Assembly: GCF_018350175.1 (NCBI RefSeq) | Contig: NC_058368.1 | Coordinates: 60,204,001 to 60,268,000 of the forward strand | Direction of reading: 5' to 3' | DNA length: 64,000 nt | Origin: Felis catus | Taxonomy: Eukaryota | Shown here: positions 40,060-51,929 of the stretch, in pieces | How the letters are laid out: each line of letters begins with the position of its first letter | Numbering within the stretch: the first letter of the stretch is position 1 | Notes under the pieces: model-generated | Told to the model about the DNA's origin: nothing | Seen by the model: only the letters and a program-made list of their open reading frames with translations | The model's database searches: none | Program-made: the position numbers and the translations under genes

Positions 40060-40748
40060 AGATATCCTGTCCCAAGAAGGTAAAGCATAAGTCCTCATCC
40101 ATTAAGTGTGAGCTGCACAGAGTGACTTTACTCTAAAGAGGAAGATATGAACGGGAGAGGTAATGGAATCAATTTAAAGTCAAGAAACCTGACAAATACT
40201 ATCTCAAACCGGTGATCATGGTAAACGTCAGCAGTAATAATTCGTGTTTATACTATGTATTCTTGATATCGTGTGAAGAAAATGTCAGTTCATCTCTGTG
40301 GCCTTTCTCCCCAAACCTATGTGCCCAGTTTATTCATGAGATAAACATCAAGTAAATCCCAAGTCAGGGACATACTACAAAATACCTGACCAGGGCTCCT
40401 CAAACCTGCCAAGTCATCAAAACAAGAGTCTAATAAACCATCATAGCCAAGAGGAGCCTAAGAGACATGACAACTTTGCAATATAATATAATATCCTGGA
40501 TGGGACTTGGGGACAGGAAAAGAACATCAGGAACAATGCAAAGAAATCTGAATAGTAAGGACTTCACTTAATAACGAAATATCAATATTGGTAAGTATCA
40601 ATATTGATTCATTAATTGTGACAAACATATTAATATTGCATGTTAATAATGGGGGAAACGGTGTGAGATATATAGAAACTTGATGCAATCCTCACAATTT
40701 ATCTCTATGTCTAAAACTATTCTAAAAGAAAAAGTTATTTTTAAAAGC
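40060..40748 (+). mobile_element. L1MC/MD-type 3' UTR
   Basis: ttaagtgtgagctgcacagagtgact...aagaaacctgacaaatactatctc...tatcaatattgattcattaattgtgacaaa...ctaaaactattctaaaa. Confidence 0.82.
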
Positions 40749-40774
40749 ATATTTATAAACAACAAAAAAAATGC

Positions 40775-40821
40775 AGCTTCTGAATCCAGTAGATGTGGAT
40801 TGGAGCCCGAGACCCTGCATT

Positions 40822-40862
<41 letters not shown>

Positions 40863-41160
40863 TTTCTTCTTTCTTTCTTCTTTTTCTTTTTAAAATTTAT
40901 TTGAGAGATGGAGGGAGGGAGGAAGAGAGAGAGAGAGAGAGGGAACCAGCAGGGGAGGGGCAGAGGAAGAGGGAGAGGGGACAGAGGGTCTAGAGTGGGC
41001 TTCATGCTGACAGCAAGCAGAAAGCTTGATGTAGGACTCAAACTCATGAACCATGAGAGCGAGATCTAAGCTGAAGCCAGATACTTAACCAGCGGAGCCA
41101 CCCAGGCGCCCTGATCCTCCATTTCTAATAAGGTCCCAGTACTGCTCGTGCTGCTGGTTT
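40775..41160. mobile_element. MER5-type hAT MITE split by a SINE
   Basis: ttctgaatccagtagatgtggattggagcccgagaccctgcatttct...ctaataaggtcccag...gctgctggt. Confidence 0.75.
40822..41112 (-). mobile_element. Can-SINE with (TTTC)n tail
   Basis: Degenerate TSD gaccctgcatttct / gatcctccatttct. Confidence 0.94.
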
Positions 41161-41255
41161 TGCTCACCTTGGTCTAATGCAATTCCTCTCCAAAAGTGGT
41201 CCCCACACCAACAAAATCAGTATCACTTGGAACTTGTTAGAAATGCAAATTCTCA

Positions 41256-41444
41256 GGGTGCCTGGGTAGCTCAGTCGCTAAACATCTGACTTCATCTTAG
41301 GTCATGATTTTGCAGTTTGTGGGTTTGAGCCCCACATCGGGTTCTGCAGAGCCTGCTTGGAATTCTCTCTCTCTCTCACTCTCTCTGCCCCTCCCCTTCT
41401 TGCATGCGCTCTCTCTATCTCTCAAAATACATACATACATACAT
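41256..41444 (+). mobile_element. Can-SINE with (ATAC)n tail
   Basis: gggtgcctgggtagctcagtc head; flanked by aatgcaaattctc. Confidence 0.94.
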
Positions 41445-41457
41445 AATGCAAATTCTC

Positions 41458-42301
41458 TTTTGTTTCACTTGCCTCTGTAGACATGTCTGGTAAGAAGTTG
41501 CCGTGGCCAAGGTCAAAGAGGTTGCTGTTTGTTTTCTCCTCTAGGACTTTGATGGTTTTGTGTCTTACATTTAGGTCTTTCATCCATTTGGAATTTATTT
41601 TTGTGTAATGTTGTTAGAGAGTGGTCCAGGTTCATTCTTTTCTGCATGTCCCTGTCCAGTTTTCCCAGCACCATTTGCTAAAGAGAGTTGTCTTTTTTTT
41701 CCAGTGGCTATTCCTTCCTGCTTTGTCAAAGATTACTTGGCCACACATTTGTGGGTCCATTTCTGGGTTCCCTATTCTTTTCTATTGATCTATGTGTTTG
41801 TTTTTGTGCCAGTACCATAGGGTAGTTCTATTTTTAACATTTTGATTAAAAGCCATACTATTCTCCAGAGTAGCTGCACCAGTTTGCATTCCCACCAACA
41901 GGGCAAAAGTGTTCCCCTTTCTCTGCATCTTCACCAACATCTGTTGTTTCCTGAGTTGTTAATTTTTTTAGTCATTCTGACAGGTATGAGGTGGTATCTC
42001 ATTGTGGTTTTGATTTGTATGTCCCTGATGGTGAATGATGTTGAGCATCTTTTCATATGTCTGTTAGCCATCTGGATGTCTTCTTTGGAAAAGTGTCTAT
42101 TCATGTCCTCTGTCCATTTCTTCAGTGGATTATTTGTTTTATTGGGTGTTGAGTTTGATAAGTTCTTCATAGATTTTGGATGCTAACCCTTTATCTGATA
42201 TGTAATTTGCAAATATCTCTCCTATTCTATCATTGCCTTTTAGTTTTGTTGATTGTTTCCTTCACTGGGTGGAAGCTTTTTATGTTGTTGAGGTTTCAGT
42301 A
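41458..42301 (-). mobile_element. Carnivore L1 ORF2 3' region, inverted, in two swapped blocks
   Basis: ORF 41931-42170 [33 protein letters not shown]...[11 protein letters not shown] is the L1 ORF2 C-terminal region; block junction near 41819. Confidence 0.95.
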
Positions 42302-42417
42302 AAGAGAGCACTTGCTGGGATGAGCACTGTTATATGTAAGTGATGAATCACTAAATTCTACTCCTGAAACCAATACTACTATATGTTAACTAACTTTAAT
42401 CTATTGTTTTTAAAAAA
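42302..42417 (+). mobile_element. Carnivore L1 extreme 3' end with short A tail
   Basis: gcacttgctgggatgagcactg...tatatgtaagtgatgaatcactaaattctactcctgaaaccaatact...tatatgttaactaac. Confidence 0.9.
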
Positions 42418-42879
42418 TGCAAATTCTCAAATGCAAATTCTCCCATTACAGACCTACTGAATCCCCAAGTTGGGAGTTGAATCCCAGCAATCTATTTTAC
42501 AGCAAGCTCCCCTGGGATTCTGACCATGCTGGCCTGGGACCATCTTTTCTGGCCATGTCCATCCACCAGAGATGAGGCAAGAACCTTCCACAGACTTCTT
42601 CGCCAGCACCATTATTGTGCAGCCCCTGGTTCATAGCATTTCTCTTATCTTCTAATAGCTTATTTTCCCTGCATTTACTTCCTTTGCTTTTGTCAAATAG
42701 GTAAGATCTTATCTTTAAAATAAACCTCTTTTTTCTATATTACTCACATTGGTTCTGATTCCCTAATCATTCCTAAATAATACACCTAAATTCAATCTAA
42801 TCCATAGATTATTAGTCCACGTAGAACTGATAGTCTTGTATGAGATGAAGTAAAGATCTCTTTTATTTTTCTAAAAAGA

Positions 42880-43526
42880 TAAATAATTGACCTAGTATCA
42901 CTATTAAGTAGGTCATCTAATGTAATATGCATGTGTCTGTCTCTATTGTTTTCATTGCTAATTTGCATCCCTGGAACTATTCCACACTGTCTGAATTAAT
43001 ACATTTTGTAATTTGTAATTGTGAGGTATGTTGCTATTTAATAGGATATGTCATACAAACTTGTTCTTACTCTTCAACAATGTCTTCTTTATTTTTGGTC
43101 CATTGCCATACATATATATTTTGGAATAAGCTGAATTTGTAGTTTTTTTTCCTAAATAACCTATATGTTTATTATTCCAGGTCTTACTACCCATTAACAT
43201 GGTATATAGCTCAGTTTATTTAGATCTTTTATGTTTGGAATGTACATCTACAAATGGTAGATGTATTTCTATAACAGATGTGGATTTTTTCTATTTTACA
43301 TGATTTCTTTTATGTTTCCTATTATAGTTCTTGTGTAAGAATGTAATTATCTTGGGGTACCTGGGTGGCTCAGTCATTTAAGCTTTCGACTCTTGATTTT
43401 GGCTCAGGTAATGATATCACGGTTCATGAGTTCCAGCCCCATGTTGGGATTCCTTGCTGGCAGTGCAGGCCTGCTTGGGATTCTTTCTCTTTCCCTCTTT
43501 CTCTGCCCCTCCCCCGCTCACGAGCA

Positions 43527-43576
<50 letters not shown>

Positions 43577-44500
43577 ATGAATAAATAAAAACCTTTTAAA
43601 AAGTATGTAATTATCTTTCCTATATTGATCTTATACCACAAAATTTGTTAAATTATCTTATCCCTATTTTTTATTAGATTTTCTTGGCTTCACTAGTAGA
43701 AAATAATAGAATCTGCAAAATTAATAAGAATTAATGTGTCTTTCCAGTCTCCCTATGTTCTTACCTCATTCTTATCTTATTCTTCTGGCTAGTGTCTCAG
43801 TATAGTGTTATAGAGAGGCAGTTACTATGAGCATCTTTAGGCAATTCCTAATTCTGGAGGAAATGCCTTTATTGCAGTTTTACTGTAGATACCTTTCATC
43901 ACCTTAAAGATGTTTCTTTCTACTACTAGTTGCTGTTTTTGTAATTTCAAATGAGAATTGACTTTGACTCCACCTCTCAGTTTGATCCATCGCCCAAAAG
44001 AAAGAATAAAGAGAATGGGAAGATGTAATATGCAAAGATAAAATGGCTATGTGGATGATCAAGAAAAGAGTGCCCTTAGAGGAGGCACCCAATGATCAGA
44101 TTAGATGTCCATCATTGTCTCTGCTATGTCTCTTAAGTTCTTTTTAATTTTTTTGTGTTTTTTTATATCTTCTCACTTTGTGTGTTGCATTCCAGATGAT
44201 TTATTTATATCTATAGCCACTTAACTGATTTTCCAGCTTTGATTAATCTGCTTTTCATTTTATTCATTGAACTACTATCCACGATCATTTTTTTCATTTC
44301 TAAAAGACCAACTTTTCCTTTCTCAGATTTATCTAATTATCTTGATTTCTATCACTTGCTCACAGTGTCAATCTCTTTATTCCTTAAAGTATTTTAAGTA
44401 CACATATTTTATTTTATTTGCATTACAGTTCTAATATCTGAAGATCTTGGAGCCTAATTCTGCTGCCTAATCTTATTTCGTGGGAAGTTTACGAGGTCTG
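42880..44500 (-). mobile_element. Old L1M fragments (interrupted by a SINE)
   Basis: T-rich antisense L1 text (atctgcaaaattaat, ctggctagtgtctcagtatagtgtta, gagcatcttt). Confidence 0.6.
43354..43600 (+). mobile_element. Can-SINE
   Basis: TSD atgtaattatctt on both sides. Confidence 0.96.
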
Positions 44501-45475
44501 GGTCAAGACCATTTTAATCCAGTGTTTACAATTTTAATGCTAAGTATCAGAGAATTATTACAATCTGGAATGTTTTAAAATTAGTTTATTTGCTTGGAGG
44601 TTAATTGAATATGCAAGTAGTTAAATTTCGGTTAGTGGATGATAGTAATGTGCACGTTTCTCTAATGGGTTGTACTAATCTTCAAAGGTCATAAGAGCTG
44701 GGGATAAACTGGCTTTTACTTTTCTTCTCCATCCAAAGGGGATCATTTAGAAATGGTGTATCTTGTATTCAAATTCAAAATTTCCTTAGGTGGGTTGTTT
44801 CAAGGACTTAAGCTGGGAGGTTGGTTAGGAAACAGGAATTCCAGTTTAGTCCTAACACCAAGCTATTTTTTGTATATAATCCTTCACCAGTTTTAGAGTA
44901 TGTATATTGGCTATATATCAGCTGACCTTGTTTTCTGGAATCTCAATTGGAACAAAATTCAGTCAGGCCAAGGGAATGATAAATATTTGTCCCCTTTTCA
45001 TGTCTCAATAATGAGAATGACAGATAAACATCAAGATTTTTCTTTAGACACATAGATAGGGGCATGCAAAGTTTCGTCTGACTATAAAGAGCTACCAAAA
45101 GTGAAAAATGATCTTTGTCAATATTCAGATAGAAAGTTCTTTTTTTGTAGAGAACTATGTCTGATTTTAGCCTTGGGATAAACAACTATGCTGGGAATCT
45201 CTCTGACTGGGTGGTAGTACCATGTATAAAATACATCACAGCTAGTTTGTATTTTTTTTCATTATTATCCTTATGAATCTCTGCAACATATATTGTTGAC
45301 AGTTAGGCTTGAAGCATGAATCTTCAGGTAAATGACATTCCCAGGAAACTGACCATGGACTATCTTGAGTTCTAGTTCATCCTCCCTGTTATCTCAGTTA
45401 TTGACTAGTGTCATTAGCACATCTTCTGGTCAGATACATAGCCAGAGGGAGTCTATTGGAGAGTTAGAGAACAGA

Positions 45476-45488
45476 TGTGTGTGTGTGT

Positions 45489-45528
<40 letters not shown>
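45476..45528. repeat. (TG)n microsatellite
   Basis: Direct reading. Confidence 0.97.
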
Positions 45529-45530
<2 letters not shown>

Positions 45531-47479
45531 TTTTGTTTTGTTTTGTTTTAACTTGTTTTAAGCAAAAGTGGTAACCAAAATCCCTACCCTGACTAGGGAG
45601 TTTAATTTCTGGAAGGACCCATTGAAGTCCAGGTGGCTTGCTCCTTGATTGGGATTTTCAGTGTTTAATAACCAAGTCCTTTAAAGAACTTGAATCCTTT
45701 GTCTATATTGTTGGTGTCTTTCAGTTATTGATTCTGAGAGATGTGCCTGATAATTTGCTCTCTACTAAAATTTGCTTACTTTTCCTACCTAGGAACTTTG
45801 ATTTCAGAAACTACGTGGGCTATTCTGGGAACAATGTCAATTTCTGCTGTGGACTCTGAGCATGAAAACATCTTTCTGTCATTTATACATTAATCAAGAT
45901 TTTTGGCCAACTGATGATACCCTTTGTGTCCAGGGATTTTATGAACTTGTGCATTTTTCCATGCATTTACTGGACAGCAATTTACTCTGAATGGGAGAGT
46001 AGTCAATATCTTTAATTTGCTATCGTAAACAGAAAGCCCATAGTAAACCGACTTTAGATTTCTCTGAATTTGTTAATTTTCTCCCCAGTTTCATCCATTC
46101 TTTGAACAGAGAAACCTCATTCCTGGCTCAATAAATTTGCATTTTCTATTCTGTATAACTAGTTTAATTTTTTCTACCGTTTTGATTTGAATGGTCCCTT
46201 CTCATCATGAAGGCTTTAGCTTAAATGGCATGTTTCCTGTCTAGCTTTCCATGTTCATTCTATCAATGTAAACCTGTATTACTTTGTTGGTGCACCTGAC
46301 CATTATCTAAAATTATTTTTGATTGTTGCATGTCATTTCTTTCCTCCCCCCACCATTGTGAAAATTACTGGCATATTTACCTTGGCTGGCTTGGTCATCA
46401 TTTCATCCCTATCTAGGGCTATTCAAAGCATACAGTCAGCATTAAAATCATTATTAGATGAATGAGTGAGTAATTGGGTTTAACGTCACAGATTTGTTTC
46501 AGAAGGCAGGTATCATTCAGAGTAACTATAAATTTCAGCTGTGCTAGATATAATCATTTAATTATTATTAATGACAGCACTTTTCATTTTCTCATTATTG
46601 ACATAGACTATTTTGAGTACTGGCAAATTTGAACCTGAAATATCCTATTTTCTTTCCTTTGTTTTCTATTCTTTTTCCTTGAGCAGAACATTAAGGCTAT
46701 TCTAAGGGTCTGACTGACTGGGAATAAGAGTGGAATATAAATTCTAATACTTGCATAGTATAGGAATGCTTTTATTAATCAATTATCATATAAATTAAAA
46801 ACATGCTTGGGATTTTCTAATTTGTGTTATATTGTTAATGCAGTGATAGCTGGTATGTTTTTGAAAGCATTAAAACATGTTTCAACAAATAATCAAAATA
46901 GCAATGCATTAATTCACATTTTAGATATAGTAATGGGGTTAATTCTTTTCCATGGAACTAAATTTAAACGCATCTATTGCAGAATAAACTCGGAATCAAT
47001 CTCAGTGAAACCAGGATTAAAAATTTAATAAGGGCGGACTTTTATACTTTAGTTTTTTGTGGAATTTAAACCATATTTTCATGTTGCTTACATTATTTCA
47101 GGATATTTTATATGGTTTATTATGGTCATTTTATAATCCCCTCTGGTAGTTGTGCATTCTTGGTTTTTAGTAGATTCTATTATGACCATTTGCAGACTAT
47201 TTTGAGGGCAAAATGAAGTTTGTACAACTCGTCCCCAGAGCATTTTGGGGCCACAGGGAACAATTTTATGAAGGTGAGAGCAGGGCTCCTTTAATATGTT
47301 GATTTCCTAAGAGATGACTGCAGTCTTAGTTGTTGACTTCATTAGGGTTAAAAGTGATTTCCAGAATAAGTTTTATTAAAATAGAAGCTATTTTTCTTTC
47401 ATGTTTGAAGGGCAGAAATTGGCAGAAGTTCTTCAATACTCAAGAACACAAGTTCCTTTCAGTTCATCAACCTGACATC

Positions 47480-47792
47480 TCTGGGCTTGATTATCATGAT
47501 CGAGGATGGCTGCTAGGGATTCTATTATTTCATTTGCATACCAGGAAATAGGTAGAAAAAGGGAAAGGACCAGTGGGCCATGTGTGATACCAAATGTTTT
47601 TAATGAGCACATGACACTTCCATCCATCCCACTGACTAGAACTTGGCCACATAGTTTCACTTTCAAGAGAGGAAGACTGGGAAATCTTGTCTACACACCA
47701 GGTAGTCATTTACCATTTTTAAAAGGAGGTGCATTACTCAGGAAAAGAGGGAGAAAATAATTTAGGGTAGACAACTAGCAGTCTAGACCACA
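47480..47792 (-). mobile_element. Old MLT1-type LTR fragment
   Basis: gatggctgct...catcccactgactagaacttggccacat...caagagaggaagactgggaaat...gacaactagcagtct. Confidence 0.65.
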
Positions 47793-49715
47793 GTTAATAG
47801 AGCACATGGTTTTGCAGAACAATAGGTTGAGGGAAATTGGCAAGGAACTCCTTTTTGGCCATCTGAACTTTCTTTCCTTGAGCTATAAAGCTAAGACCCT
47901 CACCTTCTTGAGACATTTCTGGGAGTGGACAAAATCTGTTTCTGTCTTTCTTTTAAACTCCTTTTTTATCCCTTTTTATGGAATAGCTAATCAAATTGAT
48001 AAATATGATATTCTTTGAATCATATTTTTATTAATGTCCACAAAATATTGTTGTTCAAGCAAAAAAATAACACTACTTAACTTACTTCATGAAGTAGTAA
48101 GAGCAACAGTGTCATTTTCCCTAATTTTTCTCCCCAAATGATAAACATAATAGGAAAGGAACCCACTTGCAACCTTCAGATACAATATTCAGAGGACAGG
48201 AAGAAAAAATGGTATGTAAGATTTCCAAAGTTCACTTAAGTTATAAGGCAAAACTCTGAAGGTTGTCAACCACATTTAATTCTAGATTAATTTCAGTTAT
48301 TGGTGATTTGCAGTTTTAAGTACATAGGAATTTTAAAACATACACAAAAGGAATTATTGGTATAATTCCAACAAAAGTCATACACCATTTAATTTCAAAA
48401 TGAATATGTGGAGCATTATAAAAAAGAAGCATAAGCAATTAAGAGAATAAAATCTGAAAGCAATGAAAAAAGCATATTTATGTTAATGTGCTGCTGTTAG
48501 TTCAATTCCATAATCGTCAAGCATAACCACTAAAAATTTTATGACCAGTTTTCTAAACTAAAGATTATATCTGAAAATTACATTTCATGAAAAAAAGTTG
48601 TTTTATATGCATAAATCCAAGCTCATATTTACAATGAGTGTCTTACGAAAATGGGCACAGTGGTGTGGCTTCTTGCTGACCGTCCCTGCAGTAATTCAGT
48701 CTCCAGGTTCTACAATACAGCTGTGAAGTCAGTAGGGAGTCATTCAATTCTTTGTGATTTTACACATCTGTCAGTTAAATCTGAGCATCAAATGCAAAAT
48801 TGTACACAGAGGGACATTACTGGGATTTGTGACTTTCCCTGGAGGATGTTGGATCTGTATACCAACAAAAGATCTATAAATGATCCTTTCTGTCCATAAG
48901 AAATGAATATTCCTTTTCCACTTATGCTTATGCTCTGCCAGCCCTAAGAATTTTCAAAATAGAAGGAGGTCCTATAATCATGAATAAATGAAAATAGATC
49001 TTTCAGAGTAAATTTGCATCTTCTTTAAAAAATATAAGATTTCTGAATCAGTGTGGAACCACAATGGTTACCACTCCTTATTTTAAAAGTTTTACATGAC
49101 CATGGCCAGGGGAAATAAAATATTGGTTGAACATTTTTCACATCCATATGAGTTTGTGTGGCAGGTCTGAAAATGAGCTAAGTCTGTCAGAAAGTTGGGA
49201 GCATACAAAACACCCAAATATATCTCATGACCACACAAAAGTACTTACTGTTAGTGTAATCTTCGAAGTGTCATCTCAATTTCAGAGAGAATAGCTATGG
49301 TATTTGGTATTCTTATAATTTAAAATCTTTAAATCGTGTATACTATGAAATGTTGTTTTCTGTGTAATTATGAAAAAAATATAGATGATTTATCTATGGT
49401 ACCATTTGAACACTTCCAGATTGTAATTTACTGGAGTTCAAAGGATGCCTTGTTTCCAATATATAAACTTTAATTTTTTTTATCCGTTTTGGTATGTGAA
49501 TTCCTTTTATGTATTTTGCTCATTTCTTATCTTCATTTCTTAGTATCATGCCATAAAAAAGACCATTGGACAGAAAATTTTGATTCTAGCCTTCTGCTCA
49601 GTAAATTTAGGATTTACTTTCTAAGGTCAATTTACCTCATGAGACCAATTTCTTCACCTGAATTTTAAGAGTAATGATACAGCTCTTAGCATAGCTGTAA
49701 ATAATGACAAAATAC

Positions 49716-49762
<47 letters not shown>

Positions 49763-49822
49763 TATATGTGTATATATATATACACATATGTATGTATATA
49801 TATATGTATATATATATATATA
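49716..49822. repeat. Compound (TG)n/(TA)n microsatellite
   Basis: Direct reading. Confidence 0.96.
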
Positions 49823-50720
49823 TTTACCCTATTGATAAATAAACTGCTACAACTGCTGGTGTCCCCCCCTCTTTAGTTAATATACAGAATTTATGTTATT
49901 TTATTGGAGACTTTCTCATGATTAGATTATGTCACATACATAGACATGACACCATCTGCCTTTTACTCCAAAATAAATAACCCATCTATAAAAATGCAAG
50001 AATTCTACACTTTTAAGAAGTTCTTGCTGAAGAAACCACCCTAAGTTTTTTTAGAAAATAAAACACGTATGGATAGTACTTACTAGAGATCTTAGAACAC
50101 AAAAATGACTTCTTTAATGAAGAATATTTTCTTTTCTGGAACTCTTTTTGTTTAGCCATTGCTACTGCATATGACTGGAACAATTGCAAATATTCTTAAT
50201 AGCATGGCTGATTTGGAACTAGGTGGCGGGGAGATTCGGTCAAGTATCTCCCATGAAAAAGATTGGGACATCATGCTCCAATTTGATTTAATATTCATTG
50301 CAATTATAAAACCAGATAAAGGCAATGGGCATACAGACCAATATCTCTAGTCACACTTTCTAATTAAAAACTTGACCCACTCTGAAATCTCTTTAACTCT
50401 ATAACTGCATAAACTTCTGGTTTCAAACTCAGACCATCTCTGTTGCTCACAAATTATTGAGCACCAATATTTAGCAAACTTAAGTAGTTGTGGATAACAC
50501 TTGCTCCAAGGTTCGTAAGGGTATTTGACCTAAATCTTTGAATTTAGCCTATGATGTCACATTAGGGTTGGAAGAACAGATTTTGACCCTTCAGTTAATT
50601 TATTTCAAATACGATGATTTTAACTAGGGGGATAAATTTAGTCACTATTAAAGTGTCTCTGTTCTAAATCATGATTCTCTTAGTTAGATTTGGGTTTCTC
50701 TAGATTATAATAGATTTTTT

Positions 50721-50926
50721 TTTCAACGTTTATTTATTTTTGGGACAGAGAGAGACAGAGCATGAACGGGGGAGGGGCAGAGAGAGAGGGAGACACAGAA
50801 TCGGAAACAGGCTCCAGGCTCTGAGCCATCAGCCCAGAGCCTGACGCGGGGCTCGAACTCACGGACCACGAGATTGTGACCTGGCTGAAGTCGGACGCTT
50901 AACCGACTGCGCCACCCAGGCGCCCC
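50721..50926 (-). mobile_element. Young felid SINEC_Fc-type element
   Basis: CpG-rich body with ggcgcagtcggttaagcgtccgacttcagccagg; TSD aatagatttttt at 50709-50720 and 50927-50938. Confidence 0.97.
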
Positions 50927-51929
50927 AATAGATTTTTTGAAAAATATCTTGATATTTTTAAATGTGGTATGGTATCAGTGTCGCCACTCTATCCTACAAA
51001 TTTTGATAGTGGGCTTTCAAGTCTTCAGTAGAAATCCTGTCAATTTCCTTTTTTTTTTCCACCTCTTTCTTCAAATTTCCTGAATCTTATTTCTACCCAT
51101 CAGCCCCATGGTAGTACTAGGGTCAGTTAGGTCCCTAGTAGTAGCAGTTACTACTAGGTTCCTAGTAGTAGTTAGTTACTACTTCCTGAAATGCCATTCC
51201 TCTAACAAAAGTACATAAATATCCTAAGACTGGGGAGTCCTTATCACAGCATTTATAATAGTTTCCTTCAATAGCATTGATTTAGATGTGTCCATGTGGC
51301 CATCACAAAGGCAGTCTTGGGACATCTGTAATTTGAAAGGTAATTTCATTTGTAAGAAGATAAGAGTGTGTGACTGTTACCCCTTTGAAAATAAATCTGC
51401 CAAATCCCTGTGTTCCCTCAATATAGCTCATCAGCTGTCATATGACCAGAAAACATCTGTTCTCAAAAAATTGTACCTACATGGAGGTCAGATCTCAAGC
51501 CGAATAACCTAATTCATTTAGCAGTATTTAGAATTATCACTGGTTTTCCATGATCATTAATCCTAAGAATCTATGTTAATAATTGTTCAACAGGCTTCTG
51601 CAAGTATCCCTCTGAAGTGTCTTAACTATTTAACAGAATGCACTCAAGATTCAGTGGGCACATGTCCTTGATCCCCAGTTACCTGAATATCTTTAAAACA
51701 TAATCAGTGGTCATAACTGAGTTACTTTTTGAATAAATATTACATCTGCTCACTGGGATATAACATATGCTTTTGTTCTACTACTCATGTTTCTTCTTTT
51801 AGAGATCCAGTTTTTACTGGTTCTACTAAGGGCAACCACAGAAAATATTTTTGTCTAAATCTCCCTTTTGTTATGTGCTGCATATTTACCTACTTAGAAG
51901 TTCTCTTGGATCTATTTCCTCCAAATTCC

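Larger units (their letters stand above)
41182..42535. mobile_element. MER5A-type hAT MITE split by a SINE and an L1 (pieces 41182-41254 and 42429-42535)
   Basis: aaagtggtcccc...cagtatcacttggaacttgttagaaatgcaaattctc | cagacctactgaatc...cccagcaatct...caagctcccc..gattctga. Confidence 0.85.
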
